Shown here in pieces: positions 1 through 11,018 of a DNA stretch of 35,765 nt. The position numbers and the translations under genes were made by a program. The notes under the pieces are model-generated. The model made no database searches and was not told the origin of the DNA. It was given only the letters and a program-made list of their open reading frames with translations. Origin of the DNA: Paramoeba atlantica (Eukaryota; Protista; Discosea). Position 1 is the stretch's first letter. Every line of letters begins with the position of its first letter. Where the stretch lies: assembly GCA_977017575.1 (NCBI GenBank), contig CDRNVI010000204.1, positions 1 to 35,765 on the forward strand, given 5' to 3'.

Positions 1-759
1 AACAGTGATGGGAATATTTTTATTTGTGAATGGGAGGATGGTGGATTGAAAGTGAGAGATAAAGAAGGAAATGAGATGATTGAATCAACAATTCAGAAAA
101 CAATTGATTCATTTCAGTTGGAACCTATTGATGTTTCAATTGGATTGAATGATCAAATTGTTGTTCTTGATTGTTCTCAAGATTTTCGTCGAGTTGTAAT
201 ATTAAACAAAGAAGGAGAATTGATCAATTCTTTTGGATCAAAAGGTTCTAAAGATGGTCAGTTTGCGTCCCCGTGTGGGGTGGATGTGGATGAAGAAGGT
301 AGAATTATTGTTTGTGATACTTTGAATCAGCGAATTCAAGTGTTTGATAATGATGGATCTTTTCTTCATTCTTTTGGTTCAAAAGGTTCTTCTGAAGGTC
401 AATTTAATCGACCTTCTAGTGTTGGAGTTGATAGAGATGGGAATATTGTTATTTCTGATTCTTGGAATCATCGGATTCAAGTGTTTGATATTGAAGGGAA
501 TTTTATTCGATGTTTTGGAACAACGGGTGATTCTCAATTGGCCTCTCCAAAAGGTGTTGATGTGGATGGGGAAGGTAGAATTGTTGTTTGTGATAGAGGA
601 AATAGAAGAGTGAGTGTGTTTGAGAAAGATGGAACATTTCTTTTTTCATTTGGTAATCTGTACATGAAGTTTCCTCAAGGGATCGTTCTTGATTCATTTG
701 GAACAATTATTGTTGTAGATTATAAGAAAAAGTCAATTGAATTTTGGAAATCATTTTGA
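1..759 (+). CDS. TRIM-NHL-like paralog c1, 5'-partial (NHL beta-propeller only inside the window)
   Basis: Frame 1 is open from base 1 (NSDGNIFICEW...) to TGA at 757-759. It has repeated NHL blades (FGSKG..GQF..P.GV.VD.EGRIIV.D..N.RIQVFD) and is collinear with the seven other copies. Confidence 0.9.
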   Translation, partial: NSDGNIFICEWEDGGLKVRDKEGNEMIESTIQKTIDSFQLEPIDVSIGLNDQIVVLDCSQDFRRVVILNKEGELINSFGSKGSKDGQFASPCGVDVDEEGRIIVCDTLNQRIQVFDNDGSFLHSFGSKGSSEGQFNRPSSVGVDRDGNIVISDSWNHRIQVFDIEGNFIRCFGTTGDSQLASPKGVDVDGEGRIVVCDRGNRRVSVFEKDGTFLFSFGNLYMKFPQGIVLDSFGTIIVVDYKKKSIEFWKSF

Positions 760-1323
760 AAGGATTGAGAGGTTTTTCTTTTCTTTTCTTTTTTGATTTG
801 ATTTTTATTTTTGTTATTTATTGAAAACAAGAAATTGATATTTTTTTCTCTCTCTTTTCCCCCTCCTCCCCTTTTCTCCTTTTTAGTCTGTGGAGTTCTT
901 TTTCTTCCCAATTTTTCGCTTTGATTCTTCTCCTTCTTCCGCCTTTCCGCAGTCTTCTGACAGACCAAGAATACAGCGAGATTTGCGGAACTGGGGGAGA
1001 AACTCTTGATAAAGGGGATGGGGGAGCTGACAAAATGGAAATACTGAATATTCCTTATGACAAACAATGTTGATCCACACCTTTACATTCGCACCTTCAC
1101 TGAACTTTCATTTAAATTGCAATGCAATCGTCACATTGCGATTGTTGTCGCAATGTCTCTTGAACACAAATAATAAATCATTCTTGTTTTTCCCAATTCA
1201 ATTGGTCTCGAGGAATTAACGATTTTCCTCTAAAAACAAGAATAAAAAGGAAACGAAAATAACAAAAATAACAAAAATAATGACTTTTTTTTGAAAATCA
1301 AAAAAATAAACAAAACCTTCTCT

Positions 1324-3560
1324 TCAAAATGATTTCCAAAATTGAATTGACTTTTTCTCATAATCTGAAACAATAATTGTTCCAAATGAATCAATAACAA
1401 TCCCTTGAGGATATTTCATGTGATGTTTACCAAATGAAAAAAGAAATGTTCCATCTTTCTCAAACACACTCACTCTTTCATTTCCTCTATCACAAACAAC
1501 AATTCTACCTTCCCCATCCACATCAACACTTATTGGATAAGCGAATTGAGAAACACCTGAACCTCTTGTTCCAAAACATCGAATAAAATTCCCTTCAATA
1601 TCCATCACTTGAATTCGATGATTCCAACAATCAGAAATAACAATATTCCCATCTCTATCAACTCCAACACTGTTTGGTTGATCAAATTGACCTTCAGAAG
1701 AACCTTTTGAACCAAAAGAATGAAGAAAAGATCCATCATTATCAAACACTTGAATTTGGTGATTCAAAGTATCACAAACAATAATTCGACCTTCTTCATC
1801 CACATCCACACCACACGGACTCTTAAACTGACCATCTTCAGAACCTTTTGATCCAAAAGAATTGATCAATTCTCCTTCTTTGTTTAAGATTACAACTCGA
1901 AAAGAATCTTGAGACCAATCAAGAACAACAATTTGATCATTCAATCCAATTGAAACACCAACAGGTTTCAAATGAAGTGAATCAATTGTTTTCTGAATTG
2001 TTGATTCAATCACCTCATTTCCTTCAAAATCTCTCACTTTCAATCCATCATCATCTTCACAAATAAAAATATTCCCATCACTGTTCACACTCACTCCTAA
2101 AGGTGGATTCTTCAAAGGAAAAGAAGAAACAAAACGAAAAGAATCACCACCACTAACACCTCCTTCAGAAACAATATCAGTTGCAGTTTGAAGAAGAGTT
2201 GAAAAAAGTTGATCATCAAAAAAGAGAGAAACATCACAATCAGTTGTTGTTGTTGTTGTTGTTGTTGGTGTGTTGGATAAACGAATAATTGAATCTTTTC
2301 TTATTCTCAAATCTTCTTTCTCTAATTCTATTTCTTTCTTTTCAATTCTTTTCTTTTCTAATTTCTCTTCTAATTCTTTCATTTCTTTTTCAATCCTTTT
2401 TCTTTTCTTTTCAATCAAAACCAATCTTTTCTCCAATTTATCTCCAACCTTTACAACTTCATTCCTTTTCTCTAAAATACTTTCTTCAATCGATTTCACT
2501 TTCTCATTGTGTTGAACATGTGTTTCAAGAGCACAACGAAGACAAACAAAAGAAGAACATTGAAAACAATATCCACTGATTGTTTCAGATGGGTGTTTTG
2601 AACATTCTCTCTTCTTCAAATTCTCCAATCCCATCACTCCCACCACCCCTCCCTCCTCTTCCAATCTTCTTCTTCCACCTCCCTCAATACCATCTCTTTC
2701 ACATCGTTTGTGATTTCGAGAGAAAATAGTTGAAGTGTGAGATGGATCACAAGAATCACAAATAAACATGTTGCAAAGAGGGCAAAACATTCGAGTTTGT
2801 TCTCCACATGTTTCGAAATTCGCACATTCTGATTCATCTCCTGTTGTTTTGTTTTTTCAACTTTGAAATCACTTTCTCTCAAAAAAAGAAAGAAAAAAAA
2901 GTGAGAGTTCAAAAAAAGAAAGAAAGAAAGAAAACCTGGTTGGTGGGAGAAAGAGATCAAATTTGAAGAAAGAAGAACATCAATTGTTTCTGGAATCAAA
3001 TAATTCATCGAAAGTGTTTCAATACTTTCACATTCGTTCATTTCTCTACAAACTGGACATTTCACTCCTTTCAAAGAAGAAATGGGAGAGGGAGAAGGGG
3101 AAGAAGGAGAAGAAGAGGAAGAAGAATAAGAAGGATTTTGAAGAAGAAAGAGTTTGTTAAGACAAAGAGAACAAAAAGAAAGAGCACAACAAGGTAACAA
3201 CCTTGGTTCTTTTTCCCAACTCATCAATTCCAAACATATTCCACATTCAAATCTTTTCTTTTTCTCTTCTTCTTCCTTTCTTCTTCTTTTCATCATCTCT
3301 TCTTCTCTTTCTCTTTCTCTTTCTTCCTCTCCTTCTCCTTCATTTTGTCCCACTTGTTGTTCTCTCTTTCCAAGAACATCTTCATTTCTTCTTTCTCTTT
3401 GTTCTTTTTCACCAACATTGTCATCTTCAATTACAACAACAACATCAACATCATCTTCTTTGTCTTTCTTTCCTCTTTTGGTTTTTCTCTTTTTCTCACT
3501 TTCTAATTCTGTTCCTTGTTCTTCTCCTCCTCTTTTTCTCTTTCCTCTTTTTTCACTCAT
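1324..3560 (-). CDS. TRIM-NHL-like paralog c2 (RING, B-box1, B-box2, coiled coil, NHL); 2 exons, 713 aa
   Basis: ATG at 3560 (MSEKRGK). Exons 3560-2936 and 2840-1324 are joined by a 95-nt GT-AG phase-1 intron (2935-2841), giving a continuous frame. Motifs: RING CGIC..LPCCALSFCSLC..CPVC; B-box2 CSKH..CFQC..CLRC..HVQH; EKKR-rich coiled coil; 6 NHL blades. Confidence 0.9.
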
Positions 3561-4239
3561 TTTGTCTCTGTGTGGGGTAAAGAAATCAATCAACAAAAAA
3601 AGAAAGAAAAGAAAAGAAAAAAACAAACATTCTCTTCACCAAAGTTGAGAAAACAAAGATCAAAGACAAAGAACAAACAAAAACACCTTCCCAAAAGAAT
3701 GAACTCAAAAGAGATAGAGTGCGAGAGTGTGAGAGAAGAGGATCAACAATCAAGAAAATCGAGATGTCCCCCACAAAGCCACAAAGACACAAGAGAGAGA
3801 GAGAGAAAAAGGTTTCTGACAATTTTTCAATAAATTGAGATAAAAAAAAGAATAAAGAAGAAAAATGAAAATACAAACATCTCTCTCAGGGAAAGGATTT
3901 TTTGTTTTCAAAGAAAGAAAGAGAAGAGAAAAGAGTCCTCTCCCCCAAAAACAAAAAAGAAAACACCGATTCTTAGAGAATGTCCTCCAAAGAGAGAGAG
4001 AAAGAAAGAGGTCTGACAATTTTTTTTTTCAAAAATGGAGCAAAAAAAAGAGAAAAAAGAAAATAAAAAATACAAACCACTCCCTCAAAAAGTCAAGAAA
4101 GGATTCTTTGGCAAAGGAGAAGAAAAAGAAAGAGAAAAATCCAAACAAAAATATGAGAGAACGAGATCCCAAAAAACCTCAAAAAGAAGAAAGACAAAAC
4201 AACACAACCCCAAAAAAGAGAGGCACAAGAAACGAAATG

Positions 4240-4325
4240 AGAGAGAAGAGAGAAGAGAGAAGAGAGAGAAGAGAGAAGAGAGAGAGAAGGGAGAGAGAAG
4301 AGAGAAAAGAGAGAAGAGAGAGGGA
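4240..4325. repeat. Degenerate (GAGAGAA)n low-complexity repeat
   Basis: Tandem GAGAGAAGAGAGAA units; similar tracts occur at about 16180-16210 and 30700-30740. Confidence 0.7.
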
Positions 4326-4336
4326 AAAACGAAAAA

Positions 4337-4417
4337 GAAAAAGTTTTTGGGTGTTTTTGTGATATTTTTTTCAGAGAGAGGTTTAAAAAGTTTTGAATCC
4401 TCTTTTCATACCCTTCC
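4337..4417 (+). repeat. Conserved ~80-bp non-coding block, copy A
   Basis: GAAAAAGTTTTTGG..TTTTGTGATATTTTTTTCAGAG..GTTTAAAAAGTTTTGAATCCTCTTTTC.TA.CCTTCC; also at 19990-20067 (+) and 30603-30681 (-). Confidence 0.85.
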
Positions 4418-4877
4418 TTTTTTTTCTCTTGTTCTTTTCTGTTTTTTTCTTTTGTTCGCTTTTCTTTCTTCCACAGTGCTTGTTTTTGTCTCTCTTGTTC
4501 TTCTTTCTTTGTCTTTTTCTTAGTCTCTCGTTCTTCTTTCTTTCTCGTCTTTCTGTTGGTTCTCTCTCTCTCTTGATTTCAGTGTCACTTTTTTCATCTT
4601 TATTGTGTTCCTCTTTTTTTCTGTTTTTCTGTTTTTGTCTCTCTTGTTCTTTCTTTCTTTGTCTCTTTTTTCCTTTTGTTCGCTTTTCTTTCTTCCCCAG
4701 TGCTTGTTTTTGTTTCTCTCTGTCTTTTTCCTTTCCCTCCTTGAGTTGTTTGTATTTCCAAAATATTCTTTAAAATTCCTTTCATCTCTTAAGATCTTTC
4801 TGCAGCTCTGAGCGCTCCCTCTTTCAGAAAAAAGTTCATTTGTTTTCAAATTGTTTTGATTTTAGAGCCAAAAGATA

Positions 4878-6024
4878 ATGAGTGGACAACAAGGAAAGAG
4901 AAAGAGAGAAGTGGTGAGAACTGAAAGTGAGGAGGAGAAACGAATTTCAAAAAGAGGGAAGAAAGAACAACTTGATGATGGTCTAGAACAGAGAGAAAAA
5001 AGAAGTGAGGATGTCTCTTTCTCCAATGAATCAGGTTTTTTTTTAGAAAAGAAAAGAGTTGAAAGAAAACAACTGATTCTGATCTTCCTCTTTTTTTTTT
5101 GATGATCAACTTTTTTCAACTCTTCTTCAAACTGCAAATGATATTGTTTCTGAAGGAGGTGTTGTTGGATTACTCAAACCAAAGAAAGGGGTGATTTGTT
5201 GTGATGGTGGTGGTGATTCATCTCGTTTCGTTTCTTCTTTTCCTTTGAAGCAAGAAGTTTTAGGAGTGAGTGTGAACAGTGATGGGAATATTTTTGTTTG
5301 TGAAGGACCGCGTGGATTGAAAGTAAGAGATAAAGAAGGAAATGAAATTAAATCATTTCAGAAAACAATTGACTCTCTTCAGTTGGAACCTGTTGATGTT
5401 TCAATTGGATTGAATGATCAAATTGTTGTTCTTGATCATTCTCAAGATTCTTTTCGAGTTGTAATGTTAAACAAAGAAGGAGAATTGATCAAATCTTTTG
5501 GATCAAAAGGTTCTAAAGATGGTCAGTTTAATGGACCGTGTGGGGTGGGTGTGGATGAAGAAGGTAGAATTATTGTTGCTGATACCGAAAATAATCGAAT
5601 TGAAGTGTTTGATACTGATGGATCTTTTCTTCATTCTTTTGGTTCAAAAGGTTCTTCTGAAGGTCAATTTGACCAACCAAACAGCGTCGGAGTTGATAGA
5701 GATGGGAATATTGTTATTTGTGATAGTTGGAATCATCGGATTCAAGTGATGGATATTGAAGGGAATTTTATTCGATGCTTTGGAACAAGAGGTTCAGGTG
5801 TTTCTCAATTAAAGTCTCCAAAAAGTGTTGATGTGGATGGGGAAGGTAGAATTGTTGTTTGTGATTCAGGAAATGGAAGAGTGAGTGTGTTTGAGAAAGA
5901 TGGAACATTTCTTTTTTCATTTGGTAAACGCCACTTGAAAGGACCTTTTGGGGTTGTTATTGATTCATTTGGATCGATTCTTGTTTCAGATTGGCGGAAA
6001 AAGTCAATTGAATTGTGGAAATAA
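4878..6024 (+). pseudogene. TRIM-NHL paralog c3 with RING, B-boxes and most of the coiled coil deleted but an intact NHL domain; either a pseudogene or an NHL-only gene
   Basis: The N-terminus MSGQQGKRKRE resembles c4. It is followed by remnants of the exon-1 end and donor (AATCAG|GT, 5034/5035), of the coiled coil (ttagaaaagaaaagagttgaaag) and of the TD.D linker. The frame breaks by 1 nt at the T10 run 5091-5100. The frame is then open from 5101 to 6024 and encodes the full propeller. Confidence 0.7.
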
Positions 6025-6485
6025 TTTTTCAGAGAGGTTTGTTTTTTCATTTTCTTTTCTCTTTTTTGATTTTCTTTTGTTTTTTTTGTCATTTTTATTT
6101 TTATTTCTTATTTTGTTTTCTTTTTTCTGATTTTGGAAAATGAAAGAAGAATCTAATTTTTGCTCTCTCCATCCTCCCCTCCCCTCTCTCCCTTCTTTTT
6201 TATTTTAGTCTCTGTGGTCTCAATCATCTTCTTCAATTTCGATCTTCACACTTTCCTTCATTTCTCAGTTCTGGGACAATCTTCTCATTTTTGTTGTGTC
6301 TCTCATTTCACAGAACCAAGTTTTTAAAAAAAAATATTTTAGTTTTGTTGTCTTGCAAATAGATATTTTGTTTTTTGTCTTTTGTCGATTTTTGTTGGGG
6401 TTTCCCTGGGAGACGAGTTCAAAAGAGATAGAATAAGAAATGAAAACAAGACCGAAAGAGCACCCCAATGGATTGGAAGAAACCA

Positions 6486-8244
6486 TTATTTCCACCATTC
6501 AATTACTTTTTCCTCCTTGTCAACAACAATAATGGACCCAAAAGAATCAAGAACAATCCCACGAGGTCTTTTCATGTGATGTTTACCAAATGAAAAAAGA
6601 AATGTTCCATCTTTCTCAAACACACTCACTCTTTCATTTTTCCATTCAGAAACAACAATTCTACCTTTCCCATCCACATCAACACTTCTTGGACACTCCA
6701 ATTGAGAATCACCTGAACCTCTTGTTCCAAAACATCGAATAAAATTCCCTTCAATATCCATCACTTGAATCCGATGATTCCAATAATCACAAATAACAAT
6801 ATTCCCATCCCCATCAACTGTAACAGCATAAGGTTTGTTAAACCGACCTTCAGAAGAACCTTTCGAACCAAAAGAACGAAGAAAAGATCCATCATTATCA
6901 AACACTTGAATTCGATGATTGAAAGTATCTGCAACAATAATTCGACCTTCTTCATCTACCCCAACTCCCCATGGTCCACTAAATTGACCATCTTTAGAAC
7001 CTCTTGATCCAAAAGATTTGATCAATTCTCCTTCTTTGTTCAATATTACAACTCTCCTCGATTTTGACCAATCAAGAACAACAATTTGATCATTCAATCC
7101 AATTGAAACATCAATAGGTTCCAATTGAAGTGAATCAATTGTTTTCTGAATTGTTTCAATTGTGTTCCCTTCTTTATCTCTCACTCTCAATCCATCATTT
7201 TCACAAAGAAAAAAAACCCCATCTCTGTTCACACTCACTCCAAAAGGTTCATCCTTCAAAGGAAAAGAAGAAATAAAACGAAAAGAATCACCACCACCAT
7301 CACAACAAATCACTCCTTTCTTTGGTTTTGGGAATAATCCAACTTCAGAAAGAATCTCATTTGCAGTTTGAAGAAGAATCGAAAAAAGTTGATCATCAAA
7401 AAAAAGAGAAGGATTAGTTGTTGTTGGGGTGTTGGATAAACGAATAATTGAATCTTTTCTGATTCTCAAATCTTCTTTCTCTAATTCTATTTCTTTCTTT
7501 TCAATTCTTTTCTTTTCTAATTTCTCTTCTAATTCTTTCATTTCTTTTTCAATCCTTTTTCTTTTCTCTTCAATCTCAATCAATCTTCGGTCCAATCGAT
7601 CTCCAATCTTTACAACTTTATCCCTTTTCTTCAATACACTCTCTTCAATCGATTTCACTTTCACTTTGTGTTTAACATGAGTTTCAAGAATACAACGAAT
7701 ACAAACAAAAAGAGAACATTGAAAACAATATCCACTGATTGTTTCAGATGGGTGTTTTGGACATTCTTTCATCAACTCATTCCATCTCTCATCACTCCCA
7801 TCTCTCCCATCAGTCCTTGAAAAGTTGATCTTGGTTCGTTGTTCACGTTTGTGATTTCGAATGAAAATAGAAGAAGTGTGAGACGGATCACAGGAATCAC
7901 AGATCAACATATTACAACTGGGGCAGAACATTTCAGTTCGTTCTCCACACGTTTCAAAATTCACACATTCTGATTCATCTCCTGTTTTTTTATGTTTTTC
8001 AATCAAAACTGAATTTGAGAAAAGAAGAAAAAAGGGGAAAATGAAAAAAAAAAAGGAACCTGGTTGGGATAAAGAGATCAAATTTGAAGAAAGAAGAACA
8101 TCAATCGTTTCCGGAATTAAGTAATTCATCACAAATATCTCAATGCTTTCACATTCGTTCACTTGACTGCAAACTGGACATTTCACTCCTTTCAAAGAGG
8201 ATGAAGAAAAAGACGAAGAGGAAGAGGGAGAGGGAGAAGGGGAA

Positions 8245-8275
<31 letters not shown>

Positions 8276-8693
8276 GATTTTGAAGAAGGAAGAGGTTGTT
8301 AAGACAAAGAGTACAAAAAGAAAGACCACAACAAGGTAACAACCTTGGTTCTTTTTCCCAACTCATCAATTCCAAACATATTCCACATTCAAATCTTTTC
8401 TTTTTCTCTTCTTCTTCCTTTCTCCTCTTCACCACTACTTCTTCTCTTTCTCTTTCTCCTTCATTTCCTCCCACTTCTTGTTCTCTCTTTCCAAGAATAT
8501 CCTCAATTCTTCTTTCTCTTTGTTCTATTTTATCATCCTCTTCTTCAATCACATCAACATCAACATCAACATCATCACAATCTGTTGTTTGATCTCTTCG
8601 TTCTTTTTCGTCATCACTTTTTCTTTCAATTTTTCTTTTCTTTCCCTCACTCTCACTTTCGACTCCTTCTCTCTTTCTCTTTCCCTCACTCAT
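6486..8693 (-). CDS. TRIM-NHL-like paralog c4; 2 exons, about 709 aa after splicing
   Basis: The 735-aa ORF includes an in-frame 78-nt GT-AG intron (8059-7982) at the same position as in c2, c6 and c7. All RBCC and NHL motifs are present. Confidence 0.9.
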
Positions 8694-8993
8694 TCAGATA
8701 TCAACAAAAAAAGATCTGAATCAAGAATTGTTGTTGGTAAGAAAAGAGAAGAAAAAACACCTGAAAAGAAAAAAACAAACATCAGAAACAAAGAATCAAG
8801 AGAAGGGAGATAATTTTGTGGGAGAAAAGCTCGTCGAGTCGAGAATAAAGAAGCGGTCAAAAAAAAAGAAGAAAAAACCAAACTCTTAGAGAAGAGAAAA
8901 GTGAAAAAAGCCAACAAAAAAAAGAGCCAGTGGCCATTTTTTAGAGTTCTTTTTTTAGCTTTTTTCTATTTCTTTTTCTGTTTGTTTTTTCAA

Positions 8994-9831
8994 ATGGACG
9001 AAAATCGTGTGTTGTTGGACCAGTTGATGGGGATCGACAGAACTGGAGACCTTCTTGAAACGAATGAGGTTCTCAGGATCGATGATCCTGATGTTTGTAA
9101 AAACTATTTGTGTGGATTCTGTCTTCCTGAACTTTTTGCCAATACAAAGAGCGCGCTCGGTTTGCCTTTTGTTGTTGTTTTCTTCTTTCTGTTTCTGTTT
9201 CTGAGGGGCACTGACTCCCCTTTTTTTTTTGTCTTAGAGCCTTGTTTGAAAAAACATGATCATTTTCTTCAACAAGAATATCAACAGATGCTTGCACTTG
9301 GAAAAACCACCGAATACGGTTATGAGTTTGATTTTCTTCAAGAACTCGAGGCTCTCGTTAAAGTTCGAGATCGAAAGTTTTTTTCTTCTTTGTTTTTTCC
9401 CTTTTTCTTCTTTTGTTTTTGAAAGGAAAAAACTGACTTTGATTCTTCAAAGGGTCAAGCAAATCAAAGAAAGAATCGGAGAAGACAAGGTAGGGTTCTC
9501 GTTCTTGAGCCGCTTCTACATTTTTTCAAAAAATTGAGAGCTTTTTCACAGAATCAACCTGATGTTCTCACTCTGAAAGTTTGTGAGGAATGTGGAGGGA
9601 TAATGGCTTCAAACGACTCAGAAGATCGAATTCAAAGTCATCTACAAGGAAAACATCATCTTGGTTTTGTTCGAATTTGCGAAACAATTAAAGAACTGAA
9701 GGTTTTCTTTTCATTTTTGTCTTGTTTTTCTTTGTTTTTTTTTTGGTGGTTGTTGTTGCTTTAATTTTTCATGGTAGATGGTGAATCTCAAACCTGCAAA
9801 GAGAGAGGCTGGTGGTTCTGATGAGTCTTGA
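8994..9831 (+). CDS. LUC7: LUC7-family U1 snRNP protein, miniature; 5 exons, about 181 aa
   Basis: Motifs: MDENRVLLDQLMG, ZnF1 VCKNYLCGFC...PCLKKH, ZnF2 VCEECG...SHLQGKHHLGF. Exons 8994-9159, 9238-9376, 9453-9489, 9552-9701 and 9778-9831 total 546 nt in frame. CTGAC branch sites are present in introns 1 and 2. Confidence 0.85.
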
Positions 9832-9968
9832 CTCAAAGAAAAGCAGGAAAAGAGAAGCAATTTATTTTTTTGCAGGTTTGATATTCACTTTCCTGGACCT
9901 TGGTTTCCCTTTTGCCTGAGAGATGAAAAGGGTGAGAAAAAGAAAAGAACCAACAAAAAAAGAAGAGG

Positions 9969-10672
9969 TCAAACCTCCACCCAGATGGTTAAGTTATCTC
10001 TCATGAGTTGCAATGACACACATGCTTCTTTATATGAGTCTTCATCAATCGTGTCCAACTCTCCAATCGCACTATCAAACCCCTCCTTGGTCATTTTGAT
10101 TGCTTTGTCTTCCTCTTCTTCATCCCAAAGAAACATTGAATAATAAAGAACACAACGCAACCGAGTGCTCTGAGTGCTGTGCAAATCACTCAAACAAATC
10201 TTCAGCGATTGTTCATAATATTTCCGAGCCTCTTCAGGTTCATATGTTGTGTGATTTACACGCCCCTGATTGTGATTGGAATGAATCACAAAAAAAGAAA
10301 AAGAGAAAGAGGAAAAAATTACCAGCATCCAATAAATGGAGGCCAAGAATTCTGGGTGAGAGGTTGATTGGTGGTTGACCCAAGAGTTGAAAACAGATTT
10401 GGTCAACTCAACAATCTTTTGGTTCTCATCAAATATTGGATCCCCTTCTTTTTCGAATGTTCCTGTGGTAAGAATCACCTGTTTTTCGTTATTATCCTGC
10501 GCGAGAGAAACCAGAAAGAAAGAGAAAAGAACAAAACCAACTGTTCCAGTGTATCAATAGAATCCCAGTCTGAGTTTGCTTGAATTCTCGGAAGAGCTTC
10601 AAGCAAAAGAACACTCTTCTTTTTCTTCACTCCTTCTTTCACTTTTGCCCAAGAATCATCCTCATTGGCCAT
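9969..10672 (-). CDS. Divergent 14-3-3-like protein; 3 exons, about 201 aa
   Basis: The C-terminal part (..RLRCVLYYSMF..FDSAIGELDTIDEDSYKEACVSLQLMRDNLTIW) matches the 14-3-3 helix 7-9 signature. Exons 10672-10538, 10496-10323 and 10265-9969 join in frame with phase-0 introns. Confidence 0.75.
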
Positions 10673-11018
10673 TCCTTCCCTTTGTTGATAAGAGAATCAA
10701 GAAGAATCCCGAGAAGAAAATCCAAAAGAGAAAGGCGTGTCCAAAGGTGGTGAAACGTGATCATGAGAAAAAACAGATTCAGAGAAAAGAAAAGTTGTTC
10801 TCACAATTGCAAAACTCACCCACCTCTCTTGTTTTCCTCTCTTTCCGCAAGTTGCGAACAACAAAAAATGAAATCCAGGAAAATCCAACCCAAGTTCCTG
10901 GAACTTTTGCTTTTTTTTTTTTCTTTCTTTCCTTTTTCGCTTTTGCCACCTTTTTCTTTTTCGTCTTTTTCGTCTTTTTCTCTTTCTCTCTTTTGTTTGT
11001 TTGTGTGAGTCTTGAAAA

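Noticed and set aside
344-613. Alternative-frame and antisense ORFs conserved across paralogs (MIMMDLFFILL..., MLDKRIIESF...)
   Set aside because: They are shadows of the duplicated NHL and coiled-coil coding sequence; their conservation follows from the main frame.
3580-4860. Many Lys/Arg/Glu-rich or Phe/Leu/Ser-rich ORFs of 60-210 aa (also 15900-16650, 18830-21450, 30030-31000, 33430-34560)
   Set aside because: These are translations of purine/pyrimidine low-complexity spacers that lack stops by composition; no domains or splice structure support them.
8901-8993. Upstream extension of LUC7 given by the ORF track (8901 start)
   Set aside because: It is low-complexity sequence with an alternative start codon; LUC7 homology begins at ATG 8994.
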